Origin: an uncultured Mycoplasmatota bacterium
Lineage (GTDB): Bacteria > Bacillota_I > Bacilli_A > RF39 > UBA660
Direction of reading: 5' to 3'
Assembly: GCA_900553835.1 (NCBI GenBank)
Contig: USFF01000001.1
Span: forward strand, 1,568 to 65,567
Length of the DNA: 64,000 bases
The notes under the pieces: model-generated
Told to the model about the DNA's origin: nothing
The model's input: the letters and a program-made list of their open reading frames with translations, nothing else
The model's database searches: none
Part shown: in pieces, positions 52,519-63,117 of the stretch
Layout of the letters: every line of letters starts with the position of its first letter
Position numbering within the stretch: the stretch's first letter is position 1
Program-made: the position numbers and the translations under genes

Positions 52519-53934
52519 ATGAATTTACCTAATATGAATGAAGCTAAAAAAAGAGATAAAAATAGAATAGTAAAAGAATTTACTTATGAAGAAATAAAAT
52601 TAGATAAAAGTTTAATTAATAAAAAGTATTATGTTAGAACTTATGGATGTCAAATGAATGAGCATGATGGTGAGAGAATAAAAGGAGTACTTTCTAAAGA
52701 AGGAATGATAGAAACAGATAATATAGAGGAGGCATCTTTAATAATTCTTAATACATGTGCGATTAGGGAAAATGCTCATGATAAAGTGTTTGGATTTTTA
52801 GGCTTAGTAAAAAAATTAAAAGAAAATCATGATATACTTCTTGGAATATGTGGATGTATGGCTCAGGAAGAGAGTGTGGTAAATGAAATAATGAATAAAT
52901 ACAAATATGTAGATTTTGTATTTGGAACACATAATTTAAATAATATGATTAAAGTTATAAATGATAGAATAACAAATAATAAACAAAATATTGAAGTTTA
53001 TAGTATTCTAGGGGATATATGTGAGAATATTCCAGAAAAAAGAGATAGTAAATATTCAGCATGGGTTGATATTCAACTAGGTTGTGATAAATTCTGTACT
53101 TACTGTATTGTTCCATATACAAGAGGAACACAAAGGAGTAGAAGAAAAGAAAATATTATTAAAGAGATAATAGACTTAAAAGAGAAGGGTTATTTAGAAG
53201 TTACTTTACTAGGACAAAACGTTAATGCTTATGGAAAAGATTTATATGAGGACTATAATCTTGCTAATTTATTATTAGATGTAAGTAAAACAGGAATACC
53301 TAGAATTAGATTTGTAACTAGTCATCCTTGGGATTTTACTGATGAAATGATAGATGTAATAAGTAAATGCGATAATGTAATGCCTTATGTACATTTACCA
53401 ATTCAAAGTGGAAGTGATAGAATACTTAAATTAATGGGTAGAAGATATACCAAAGAAGAGTATGTTAGCTTATATAACAAAATTAGAGAAAAAGTAAAAG
53501 ATGTTAGTATAACTACAGATATAATAGTAGGTTTTCCTGGTGAAACAGAGGAAGATTTTGAAGAAACTATTAACGTGGTAAACGAATGTAAATTTGACGG
53601 AGCATTTACATTTGCATTTAGCCCAAGAGAAGGAACACCAGCGAGTAAACTTAAAGATAATACTTCTTTAGAAGAAAAAAATGAAAGACTTCATAGATTA
53701 AATGAAGTGGTAAACAAATGGAGTAATTTAAGAAATCATGAGATGCTTGGTAAAACTGTAAAATGCTTAGTATTATCTTTAAGTGAAAAAGATAATACTA
53801 AATATATGGGATACACTGAAAATATGAAGTTAGTTAACATAACAAGTAACAAAAATATCACTGGAAAAATAGTAGATGTTAAAATAGATGAAGCAAAAAG
53901 TTTTAGCTTAAATGGAACTTATATAGAAAAATAA
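52519..53934 (+). CDS. miaB: tRNA (N6-isopentenyl-A37) methylthiotransferase MiaB
   Basis: N-terminal CQMNEHD, radical-SAM CDKFCTYCIVP, and a TRAM C-terminus. Confidence 0.9.
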   Translation: MNLPNMNEAKKRDKNRIVKEFTYEEIKLDKSLINKKYYVRTYGCQMNEHDGERIKGVLSKEGMIETDNIEEASLIILNTCAIRENAHDKVFGFLGLVKKLKENHDILLGICGCMAQEESVVNEIMNKYKYVDFVFGTHNLNNMIKVINDRITNNKQNIEVYSILGDICENIPEKRDSKYSAWVDIQLGCDKFCTYCIVPYTRGTQRSRRKENIIKEIIDLKEKGYLEVTLLGQNVNAYGKDLYEDYNLANLLLDVSKTGIPRIRFVTSHPWDFTDEMIDVISKCDNVMPYVHLPIQSGSDRILKLMGRRYTKEEYVSLYNKIREKVKDVSITTDIIVGFPGETEEDFEETINVVNECKFDGAFTFAFSPREGTPASKLKDNTSLEEKNERLHRLNEVVNKWSNLRNHEMLGKTVKCLVLSLSEKDNTKYMGYTENMKLVNITSNKNITGKIVDVKIDEAKSFSLNGTYIEK

Positions 53935-53956
53935 ATGGAAACAAAATCGTTTCCAT

Positions 53957-55720
53957 TTATTTTATCTTACCAGTAAGACTATCTATTTCTAAATTAGAAA
54001 GTTTATTATAATATTCAAGAATTTTATCCATTTCCTTGTCTACATTTTCTTTACTAAAACCTTCAGCTAATCTAGTATTTCTAACAATTTCCATTATAGT
54101 TTTCTTGTCTAATTTTTTACCTTTCAAATATTCAAGTTTTCTTTCATTACTAACACTACTATCAAATAATTCTTTAAAATTAAAAGTAAATAAATCTTTA
54201 TCAGTAAAATCTTTATCACTTAATTCATTGTAAGTATCTAGATTATCCATATTAAGATTTAAATACTCATAATCCTTCTTAAAGAAATTTGGTACACTGT
54301 CGTGTGGAAAGACTTTTTTATAGTCCTCTGGACTAATTAAAAAGTAAGTATATAAATCAAGTGCAGTATAATCTTTTCCTAACCTTTCATTTCCATTCTT
54401 TTTATAACTATCCCAAGTAGGATCTACCACATAAACTCCATGTATATTATATTTATCATCATCTACTTTTACTAATCCTCTACTATGATATCCTGAAAGA
54501 GTCTTGTCATCTTCCTTATAACAACTAACACTAAAATCTGTAAAACTAATTCCTTCAGTACCTTTTAATATTTCAGCAAGCATATTGGTATAACCAACAC
54601 ATACTATATTACCGGTTTTAATTATCTTATATGGTTCTCTAGATTCAAAAACATCCTCATTAGTTGCTTCTTTATATTCAAAAGTTTTCATAATGTCATA
54701 GCCAAAAGCTAACTTTTCTACTGGAGATAAATCGTAATCATTAAGTAAACTTCTGTACCACTTCATACTCATAACTAAACCTTTAAAATCATCATAAGAA
54801 GAAGTTTTAGTATTTCCTTCATAATTTACTTTAAGATTTACTAAAGTACTTAAACTATCAAGTAAAGAATAATCAAAATCAGTATAATCTTTAACAACAG
54901 GATTTCTCATAAAGTCAGTTAAGCAAAAACATACATCATTTACATTATATCCTTTATTCTTAAAATAATTAAATAAATAAGCAGATATATTCATATCAGG
55001 ATCAGTAACTTCTATAGATATGTCTTTACCACTTATATCTATAGAATATTCTCCAGTATTAGTTTTAACTTTAACTTTATTTATATTACTTTTAATATAA
55101 GGAAAAACTTTATCTAAATCTTCTATGTTAAAATTATTAATAGATTTAACTTCTAAAGTATTCTCTTTAATATTAGAATTTTCCTTATTATTATTTATAA
55201 CAATATCATCAAATAATATCTTATTATCGTTACTAGTACTTACAAAAATAGAACCTTTGTAGTCTTCAATATTAAAGATATATCCACCAAAGTTAATCCT
55301 CTTAATACTAGTATTTTCACTTAAAAACTTTAACTCTTCACTAGTTAAAAATCTATAACTATTAAAACTTATTTCTTCTAAACTTTTAAATTCTTTAAGA
55401 GCCTCTAAATTATTACTAACAAAATCTACTGGTATAGTCATACTTTTAATACTTCTTGGTAAATTATTAATAATAAGATCATTTAACTCTTTAAAGACAT
55501 ATATAGTTTTAAGAGTGTTTTCATCATAACTAATACTCAAATCTATTTTTTCATTTTCATCTAATACTCTTCCTAAATCATCCAAAGAAATTTCAACTTC
55601 TATAAGAATAAACTTATCATTTAGATTTCTTAAAAAAGTGATAATGTTTTCATAAGTATCTTTATTAGTACTTTCAAATTTTTCACCAAGCACATTTTCT
55701 ATAATTTCATCTATATTCAT
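53957..55720 (-). CDS. LRR-like plus transglutaminase-like (Cys-His-Asp) domain protein
   Basis: CVGYTNMLAEIL, GYHSRGLV and VVDPTWD make a papain/transglutaminase-like triad pattern. The N-terminal half has leucine-rich-repeat-like periodicity. Confidence 0.55.
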   Translation of the reverse strand: MNIDEIIENVLGEKFESTNKDTYENIITFLRNLNDKFILIEVEISLDDLGRVLDENEKIDLSISYDENTLKTIYVFKELNDLIINNLPRSIKSMTIPVDFVSNNLEALKEFKSLEEISFNSYRFLTSEELKFLSENTSIKRINFGGYIFNIEDYKGSIFVSTSNDNKILFDDIVINNNKENSNIKENTLEVKSINNFNIEDLDKVFPYIKSNINKVKVKTNTGEYSIDISGKDISIEVTDPDMNISAYLFNYFKNKGYNVNDVCFCLTDFMRNPVVKDYTDFDYSLLDSLSTLVNLKVNYEGNTKTSSYDDFKGLVMSMKWYRSLLNDYDLSPVEKLAFGYDIMKTFEYKEATNEDVFESREPYKIIKTGNIVCVGYTNMLAEILKGTEGISFTDFSVSCYKEDDKTLSGYHSRGLVKVDDDKYNIHGVYVVDPTWDSYKKNGNERLGKDYTALDLYTYFLISPEDYKKVFPHDSVPNFFKKDYEYLNLNMDNLDTYNELSDKDFTDKDLFTFNFKELFDSSVSNERKLEYLKGKKLDKKTIMEIVRNTRLAEGFSKENVDKEMDKILEYYNKLSNLEIDSLTGKIK

Positions 55721-55818
55721 AAGTCTCACCATTTTAATTTTATCATATTTAAAAGATAATTTAAATAGAAGTGTAAACAAAGTGGGTATTTGTCATATAT
55801 TATTAATGGGTGAAGTAA

Positions 55819-56349
55819 ATGTTTAAAGAGATTGTTACTAAAGCTGTCATAGGTAAAGGAAAGAAAACTTTTAGAAATAAATATGAACTTTTTACTACAG
55901 ATAAAATAGATACAGTTTTAGGTTGCTGGGTAATAAACCACACTATGAAAGGTGAAAATGATAATGGTAAAGTAAAAATAACTGGTTCATTTGATGTTAA
56001 CATTTGGTATAGTTATGATAATAATACTAAAACAAGTGTAGATGCTAGAAAAATTAATTATACGGAAACTGTATCTATCCATTTAAATGGAGAAAATACT
56101 TTAACAAATGATAGTGAAATAATAATAACTAGTTTAAAAAATCCAGTTGTAGTAGATGTTAGTTCTAGTAATAATAAGATAAACTATGAAATAGAAAAAT
56201 GTTTAGGTATAGAAATAATAGGCGATACTAAAGTAAGAGTTCAAATAATGGATAATAACTATGAAGATTTTGATATTATTGATGAAGCAGTTAGTACAGA
56301 AGAAATAAATAATATAGTGGATAATCAAATAAATGAAAATTATTTATAG
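55819..56349 (+). CDS. cotE: spore coat morphogenetic protein CotE
   Basis: It aligns by eye with B. subtilis CotE (EI.TKAV..KG.K......LG.W.INH......V.I.G..D.N.WYSY..N.KT). Confidence 0.8.
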   Translation: MFKEIVTKAVIGKGKKTFRNKYELFTTDKIDTVLGCWVINHTMKGENDNGKVKITGSFDVNIWYSYDNNTKTSVDARKINYTETVSIHLNGENTLTNDSEIIITSLKNPVVVDVSSSNNKINYEIEKCLGIEIIGDTKVRVQIMDNNYEDFDIIDEAVSTEEINNIVDNQINENYL

Positions 56350-56365
56350 TGTAAACCAAAAAAGG

Positions 56366-56394
56366 TTGACAGGCGTGTGATTTAGTGGTAATAT
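56366..56394 (+). promoter_or_regulatory. sigma-A promoter of rpsP
   Basis: TTGACA-17 nt-TAATAT with an upstream TG. Confidence 0.5.
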
Positions 56395-56421
56395 TATATA
56401 CAGAAAGCGAGGTAACACTTT

Positions 56422-56688
56422 ATGGTAAAATTAAGACTTAAAAGAATGGGTTCTAAAAAGAAACCTTATTACAGAATAGTAGCGGCAGACAGTCATGACA
56501 GAAGAGATGGAAGTTTTATTGAACTAGTTGGTACTTATAGTCCACTTGAAGACAGTAAAATAACTGTTAATGAAGAAGTTGCTCTTAAATGGTTAGGGAA
56601 TGGGGCTATGCCTACAGACACTGTTAAAAATCTATTAAGTAAGGCTGGAATTATGAAAAAATTTCATGATTCTAAGAATAATAAGTAA
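56422..56688 (+). CDS. rpsP: 30S ribosomal protein S16
   Basis: [24 protein letters not shown]. Confidence 0.95.
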   Translation: MVKLRLKRMGSKKKPYYRIVAADSHDRRDGSFIELVGTYSPLEDSKITVNEEVALKWLGNGAMPTDTVKNLLSKAGIMKKFHDSKNNK

Positions 56689-56930
56689 TGTCAGTAGAAG
56701 AATTTGCTGAATACCTAGTTATGAATATCGCAAAAGACTCTGATCTCGTAAAAGTAAAGAAGTTCGACAGTGAAGAAGGAAGTTTTCTTGAAATACTTGT
56801 CAGTGAAAGCGATATGCCACGTGTAATAGGTAAGCAAGGAGTAGTGGCTAATTCTCTTAAAACTATTATTCAAGCTAAAGCATATAGTGATGGTATTAAA
56901 AATCTAAGAGTAAATATTGATTCATTTTAA
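56688..56930 (+). CDS. KH-domain RNA-binding protein (YlqC-like)
   Basis: VIGKQG KH motif. It follows rpsP. Confidence 0.85.
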   Translation: MSVEEFAEYLVMNIAKDSDLVKVKKFDSEEGSFLEILVSESDMPRVIGKQGVVANSLKTIIQAKAYSDGIKNLRVNIDSF

Positions 56931-56967
56931 TTGAAATGAATCTTTTTTTGTGATAGAATTATCTTAG

Positions 56968-57465
56968 GTGAAGAAAGTGAAAAAAGTACCAATGAAAAAC
57001 TATATAATTTTAGGAATAATGTTTATATTTGTACTAGCTTTAACACTTTATTTAAAAGAGTGGAGTGAAGTATATAAAGAAAATAAACTATCAAATAGTC
57101 CCCTTAGTGGTAAAGTAGAAGAAGTTAAATTAGAAGAACTTTCTACAGTAGTAGGAGAGATGAATGAAGTAATAGTTTATATAGGGCATACTAATGATAG
57201 GGAAGTTTATAATGTAGAAAAGAGACTTTTTAAATATTTAAAGGATAAAGATATACTAGATAAATTTATATATGTAGATGTTACAAATAATGAAGATTAT
57301 CAAGAAGTTCTTAAAGAAGTATTTCCAAAAATAAAAGATGAAATAAAAACTTCACCAATGTTAATTTATAATAAAAATGATAATGTAACAGAAGTAATAA
57401 ATAATGATAATGGTATAATTTATACATATAATTTAGAAGAGTTTTATAATAAATATATTAAATAA
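56968..57465 (+). CDS. hypothetical membrane-anchored protein
   Basis: One N-terminal TM helix. The start codon is uncertain (GTG 56968 or ATG 56992). Confidence 0.45.
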   Translation: MKKVKKVPMKNYIILGIMFIFVLALTLYLKEWSEVYKENKLSNSPLSGKVEEVKLEELSTVVGEMNEVIVYIGHTNDREVYNVEKRLFKYLKDKDILDKFIYVDVTNNEDYQEVLKEVFPKIKDEIKTSPMLIYNKNDNVTEVINNDNGIIYTYNLEEFYNKYIK

Positions 57466-57489
57466 AAGAAGCACCAATTGGTGCTTCTT

Positions 57490-58680
57490 TTATATACGAT
57501 TAAATTCGTTTTTATTATTTAAGATTACTAATGTAATTAATGCAACTGCCATTAAGCATGCACCTGGAATAATATAATCAGCAATTCCAGTATTAGGGTT
57601 ATCAATTGAAGATCCTTTTTCAAGTAACATTATAGTTGGGCTACAAACTTCATCATCAATTTTATCATCGGCAGGATATGTACCAATAACTTGTGTTCCA
57701 TTTTGGGTTACAACTATTTGTCTATTAGTTCTTAAATTTAATTTATTAATTAAACTTTCATCAACATTATCTTTAACTTCTAACATATAAGATAATGTTA
57801 CAACTTTATTACCACTAATATTTCCAACTCCCCAAACAACTTCATTATCATTTAGTGATGCACTTCCTACAGTAGAAGTAATATCTTTAATAGTAAAATT
57901 ATCTAAAATATAATTATCAAAACTAATCTTAACAGCTACAGCTGGTAATTCACTTGGTAAAGTAGTTACAATATTACCAGAAAAACTAATGTTAGATATT
58001 TCACTACTATTTACTATGCTAGTAAAATCAGTATCAGTAGTAGTATCAGATGAAATCTTATATGCAAGAACTGTTATACCAGTTGCTTTAGCCTGAGCAA
58101 TTGAAGTTTTAAATTCTTCTAATTTAGCACTATCGGCATCTGTAACAAAAGCAACAATAACTTTATTAACAGTAGCATTATTAAACTTACTAGTCGCATA
58201 ATCAAAAGCATCTTTAACTTCTATACTTTCGCTTCCCACTGAAATATTTCTAATACTTTCAAGTTGAGTAGTGATATTTTTATTATCTGCTTCAATAAAA
58301 GTTCTTTCATTATTACTTGTAATAACAACACCTTGACTTAAATTACTCATATCACTTTCAAGTCTTCCGGCTTCAGTTTTAATTAAATCAATAACTGAAC
58401 CTTTAATATCAGTCATACCAGTACCATTATCAATAACATAGTAAACTTCAGTACTCTTAGAATTATCAATAATAATATCGATAGCAACCTTTCCATTTTT
58501 TAAGTCAGACTTTTCTAAATTAATAGTATTTAGAATATTAGCTCCGTCTGGACTTAACTGTTTTCTAGCATCATTTTGAGATACTACTTTAACAGAGTTT
58601 TTAGTAGCCGCTAGTAGTGGAGTAACGTTTAACATACAAACTGCTACTATCAAAAATAACCCAAATAATCTTTTTTTCAT
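57490..58680 (-). CDS. cell-wall-anchored surface protein with an NPNTG sorting signal
   Basis: A signal peptide, and a C-terminal NPNTG followed by a hydrophobic helix and a charged tail. Possible degenerate VWA-like domain. Confidence 0.7.
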   Translation of the reverse strand: MKKRLFGLFLIVAVCMLNVTPLLAATKNSVKVVSQNDARKQLSPDGANILNTINLEKSDLKNGKVAIDIIIDNSKSTEVYYVIDNGTGMTDIKGSVIDLIKTEAGRLESDMSNLSQGVVITSNNERTFIEADNKNITTQLESIRNISVGSESIEVKDAFDYATSKFNNATVNKVIVAFVTDADSAKLEEFKTSIAQAKATGITVLAYKISSDTTTDTDFTSIVNSSEISNISFSGNIVTTLPSELPAVAVKISFDNYILDNFTIKDITSTVGSASLNDNEVVWGVGNISGNKVVTLSYMLEVKDNVDESLINKLNLRTNRQIVVTQNGTQVIGTYPADDKIDDEVCSPTIMLLEKGSSIDNPNTGIADYIIPGACLMAVALITLVILNNKNEFNRI

Positions 58681-58796
58681 TTTCTTCCTCCTTTATTATA
58701 TTTACATTATATCATTATTTTAAAAAAAAACAAATAAAAAGTAACTTTATTATACACAAAAAATATGATAATATAATAATAGGAGAAGTAAAGAAA

Positions 58797-60326
58797 ATGA
58801 AATACATAGAAATTATACAAAATGAAAGTGCTTTTGTAATTAAAACTACTAATATAGTAAATAGTAGTAGTTTTAACTTTAATATAAAAAAAATAAAAAA
58901 GGACAATAAAGAAGTAATCTCTTTATTGTCAAAAAATAATATAAATACTTTAATATTTAAAGATTTTGATTCATTTTTGATATTATCAAATATAATAGAT
59001 TATCCAAATATAGTATTTGATATTAATAAAAGTTTACCTAAAAAAGTATTAGATACATTACTTAAACATAAAGAAATAAAATATATAGAATGCTTCTTTA
59101 TACCAAGTGACTATGTACATTTATTTTCAAATAATAATGTATCAATAAAGTTTACGAATAATATGCATTTTAATATTAATTTTGTATTATCAAATAAATT
59201 AAAAAATTTAAAAAGTATATATTATAAAAAGGTTATTACATTTTATAATGAAGAAGAAGTGAAACAAAATTTACTTCCATTTATAACAGCTAATAGTAAT
59301 TTAAAACTAATAAAACTATATACTTATTCAAATGAAATAATTACTTATATAATAGATTTATTAGAGGAGAATAATTTTGATAATGTTAGTATATATCTAT
59401 ATCAAACAGATAGTAATATTAATGATATAAAAGATAATATAGATTATTTAAAAAAGAAAAATAAAGAATATAGTAACAAAGAAAGAGAAATAAAAATAAT
59501 ATATAAAGAAGAATATTTTAAAAGTAAAATATTTAAAGAGTTAACTATAAATGGTTTAAAACTATCAATGATATTTATAATTTATGCTTCTATAATATTT
59601 ATGTTTTCTAGTAAATATCATGAATATATAAATTATTTAAATGTAAGGAAACTAGAAAATGAACTTAATGAAGCAAGAAATGATGAACAAATAGATGAAA
59701 TTGATGATACTTCATATACGGAAGTAATAATAAAACCAAACAATGAAAAAGAATATGTTAATAGATATGAAACTATAGTAAACATTAATAAAACTTATGA
59801 GATTAATTCTGATGTAGTTGCATGGTTAAAAGTGAATAATACTAAAATAAATTACCCAGTAGTAAAGACAACAAATAACAGTTACTACCTAAATCATGAT
59901 ATATATAAAGAAAAAACACCTAGTGGATGGGTATTCATGGATTATAGAAACAATAGTAAAGAATTAGATAAAAATACAATTATATATGCACATGCTTTAA
60001 AAACGGGTTATATGTTTGGAGAACTTCATAAATTTATGAATAGTAACTTTAGAAGTAATAAAGAAAATTTAGTTATTAGTTTTGATTTGGTGGATAAATC
60101 TATGAACTGGAAAGTATTTTCATCTTATAAAGTAAGTGATGAGGTAGATTATTTAAGAACGAGTTTTTCAAATGATGAAAGTTTTATGTCATATGTAAAT
60201 GATGTAAAGAAGAGAAGTAGTTATAACTATAATGTAGAGGTAAATCAGAATAGCAAAATAATCACCTTATCAACTTGTAGTGGGAAAAACAGAAGATTAG
60301 TTGTGCATGCTGTTTTAGTGGAGTAA
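58797..60326 (+). CDS. class B sortase with a ~250-aa N-terminal cytoplasmic extension
   Basis: The C-terminal 230 aa carry IIYAH, TLSTC and R. A TM helix at about aa 255-275 is preceded by a long Asn/Lys-rich domain. Confidence 0.75.
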   Translation: MKYIEIIQNESAFVIKTTNIVNSSSFNFNIKKIKKDNKEVISLLSKNNINTLIFKDFDSFLILSNIIDYPNIVFDINKSLPKKVLDTLLKHKEIKYIECFFIPSDYVHLFSNNNVSIKFTNNMHFNINFVLSNKLKNLKSIYYKKVITFYNEEEVKQNLLPFITANSNLKLIKLYTYSNEIITYIIDLLEENNFDNVSIYLYQTDSNINDIKDNIDYLKKKNKEYSNKEREIKIIYKEEYFKSKIFKELTINGLKLSMIFIIYASIIFMFSSKYHEYINYLNVRKLENELNEARNDEQIDEIDDTSYTEVIIKPNNEKEYVNRYETIVNINKTYEINSDVVAWLKVNNTKINYPVVKTTNNSYYLNHDIYKEKTPSGWVFMDYRNNSKELDKNTIIYAHALKTGYMFGELHKFMNSNFRSNKENLVISFDLVDKSMNWKVFSSYKVSDEVDYLRTSFSNDESFMSYVNDVKKRSSYNYNVEVNQNSKIITLSTCSGKNRRLVVHAVLVE

Positions 60327-60545
60327 ATTATGATTGATTGAAATTTAACAGTTGTATAGAGGAATATATTGGTTCAAAAATATATAAAAGTATTAAAATA
60401 GATGTTCAAGATGTGATTTTAGGAATTTATAATAAAAGAGTAGTAGTACTATGTAAAGATTTTTTAAATGATTGTGAAACAATAAAATAACTTTACTTTA
60501 ATAAGTTAAAGGTAAAAAGAGTTCAAAATTTCGAACTCTTTTATC

Positions 60546-62300
60546 TTATCTCTTAACCATCCAATTTCCAAATATATCTGCATTAGAACTACTTGGAGCT
60601 GGATCTGCTTTTTCTAGTTTAACTATCATAGGTATCTTTAATATTCTACCAAAAGCAACACAAGTACCAGGTTGTAAACTCTTTTGTTTATTAACTATTT
60701 CTTCACTCATATTAGGTATCATTTTTTCTATATATTCTAGGTCAAGCGGGTGTGTTATTTTAAAGATAATAAAATTATCAAGCTGACTTATAACATTACC
60801 ATTTAAGTCTGTTGGCCTTTGAGTTATTAAGTCAAGAATAACTCCATGTTTTCTACCTTCTTTTGCTATTCTTTCAAAAATATTATATCCAAGAAGTTCG
60901 GTATCATCATTATTTTTTACATATCTATGTGCTTCTTCTAAAATAATATGAATAGGAATACTTGCTCTTGGGACATTTGTTTTACCAAATGTTAAGAACA
61001 TTCTACTGAATATCTTAGTAATTGTTTTAGCAAATCTATCATCAACATCTTCTAAATTAATATTAATTATCTGTGCTTTTTTATTATCACTGGTAGTAAC
61101 TAAAGATGCTATATAATCTTTTAAAGAATCATATTTCTTACTTGTAAAGTACTTGCTATTATTTCCATTAACTAAGTTATGTAATTTTACTTTTAAACTA
61201 ATAGCTTCATCATACATATCTTCATTAAGTAAATATCTTTCACTAAATAAAGTAAAATTAAGAGCAACTTCTAATTCTTTTAAACCATAAGTAACATTTT
61301 CTACTTTAAAATTCCATTTATGATCTTCTTTAATAAAATTTTCTACATATTCACTTATTAGTTTTCTTTCAACAAATCTTCCTTCTGAGTCTATATCAAA
61401 ACAATTTCTTAAAACTCTAGTATAACCAATACCGGGTACAACTGTATTCAAATTTAATTCTGGTGTGTTAGTATTTGTTAAAATATCAAATATTTGGTCC
61501 CTTATCTTAGCACTTGTTTGATTAGTATACATAATTGATGTAATTGCTTTAGCTAGTAAATGGTTTTTATATTCCAGTGCTTCCTTTGAATTACTTGCAA
61601 ATACCTTAACTAAATTAAGAGTTTCTTCAATAATGGGAATTTGACTAAAACTAACTGCATCAAGCAAATTTAAAACATCATCAACTGAAAGTAATGAAAC
61701 AGGTACTTCTAGTAAACAAGAATTTTCTAAACTTTTGTTAGTAGAAATTAACTTATAAGATAAATTACTATTAATCTTACTAATATCCTTTAATGCATTA
61801 ATATATTCGCCATATGAGTCAAATATAAACAAATTAGCTTTATATGGAAAATAAGGATTACTCATTAAATTCTGAAGTATTCTACATATTCCATAAGTCT
61901 TACCACTTCCGGAATTACCAAAAATAGCCGCATGATTACTAAATAAATTATTAATATCAACTTTAACTGGATAATTCTTATATAAAGGACTAACACCTAA
62001 TGTTAAACATTTAGTATCTCCGCCAACTAAAATATTTAATTCTTCATTATTAATAACTCTTATTTGTGAATTTAAACTTGGTTTTTTAATTAAACCACCA
62101 ATAAAAGATGTATCAGTAAGTTCTCCTAGAAAGTTAATTTTTATTTTGTTGCTTTCAATATCTTCTATCTCTCCAAGTATTTTCTTATCATCATCAATAA
62201 AAACAACATGTAAATTTAAAATATCTCCTAAATTCTTAGCATCTGTTAATAAAGAAACAATTGCATAATTTTTATTAATAGCTAAAATATTTCCAAACAT
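60546..62300 (-). CDS. HerA/DUF87-family ATPase (HAS-barrel + P-loop)
   Basis: GNSGSGKTY Walker A, HIILEEAHRY Walker B, EGRKHGVILDLITQRP, and a barrel-like N-terminus. Confidence 0.8.
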   Translation of the reverse strand: MFGNILAINKNYAIVSLLTDAKNLGDILNLHVVFIDDDKKILGEIEDIESNKIKINFLGELTDTSFIGGLIKKPSLNSQIRVINNEELNILVGGDTKCLTLGVSPLYKNYPVKVDINNLFSNHAAIFGNSGSGKTYGICRILQNLMSNPYFPYKANLFIFDSYGEYINALKDISKINSNLSYKLISTNKSLENSCLLEVPVSLLSVDDVLNLLDAVSFSQIPIIEETLNLVKVFASNSKEALEYKNHLLAKAITSIMYTNQTSAKIRDQIFDILTNTNTPELNLNTVVPGIGYTRVLRNCFDIDSEGRFVERKLISEYVENFIKEDHKWNFKVENVTYGLKELEVALNFTLFSERYLLNEDMYDEAISLKVKLHNLVNGNNSKYFTSKKYDSLKDYIASLVTTSDNKKAQIININLEDVDDRFAKTITKIFSRMFLTFGKTNVPRASIPIHIILEEAHRYVKNNDDTELLGYNIFERIAKEGRKHGVILDLITQRPTDLNGNVISQLDNFIIFKITHPLDLEYIEKMIPNMSEEIVNKQKSLQPGTCVAFGRILKIPMIVKLEKADPAPSSSNADIFGNWMVKR

Positions 62301-62419
62301 AATATCAACCTCTTTATTCTAAATATAATAATAACATAGTTTTACTATTTTTTAAAGTTAAATATTTACTTAATTTAATCTTTTTGTTATAATCAATTTA
62401 GAATAAAGGGTGATATTCA

Positions 62420-63061
62420 ATGAAAAAACTAATAGTCATAATTACATTTTTATTTATAGGAATAACTTACTTAAATGCAGAAGAAATAAATTGTTCATAT
62501 TCTAAGAAAAAAGAGTTAAATACTCTTTCTATGTATGTAGAAGCAAGTTATGAATACAAAGGTAATAACTTATTTGATTTAAAAATATCTAATTTAACAG
62601 AAGAATTAAATATAGAAAGTGATAAAGGCAGTATTAATGATAATATAATATCATCTTTAGAGGAAGGAACTAAAATAAAACTAACAGTACTTGCAGTCAA
62701 TAATGCATGTGCAGGAGAAATACTAAGAATTATAAATGTTACTATTCCATATGTTAATCCATACTATGGAAGTAACAAATGTATTGGAAATGAAAACTTA
62801 AATGTTTGTTCAAATGAATTTTTAGAATATAAACTAAGTGAAACTACATTTAACAATTTAATACAAAAAGCAAATGAAGATAATGCTAAAGTAGAAGAAC
62901 CAACTACTGATGGAGTACAAAAAGAAAACAAAACTTTTTTTGAAAAAGTATATGACGCTATTAAAAGAATATATATACCAGTAGGACTAGTAGTGGGTAG
63001 TTCTTTGTTAACATTATTAATTTTTAGACCAATTTATAGAAAAATAAAACATGGTTTATAG
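62420..63061 (+). CDS. secreted/C-terminally TM-anchored Cys-containing protein, paralogue family member 1
   Basis: A signal peptide, a C-terminal TM helix with a basic tail, and a shared ..ILR.I...T.P..NP......C.G.......C..F pattern. Confidence 0.55.
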   Translation: MKKLIVIITFLFIGITYLNAEEINCSYSKKKELNTLSMYVEASYEYKGNNLFDLKISNLTEELNIESDKGSINDNIISSLEEGTKIKLTVLAVNNACAGEILRIINVTIPYVNPYYGSNKCIGNENLNVCSNEFLEYKLSETTFNNLIQKANEDNAKVEEPTTDGVQKENKTFFEKVYDAIKRIYIPVGLVVGSSLLTLLIFRPIYRKIKHGL

Positions 63062-63117
63062 TATACAAACTGTGTTTTTTTTGTTATAATTAATTTGTAT
63101 TAAAAGTAGGAGGCCTT

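Noticed and set aside
60364-60489. About 40-50-codon frame between the sortase and HerA genes (..EEYIGSKIYKSIKIDVQDVILGIYNKRVVVLCKDF..)
   Set aside because: Only a TTG without a Shine-Dalgarno could start it, and it has no terminator of its own. It is probably non-coding or a relic.
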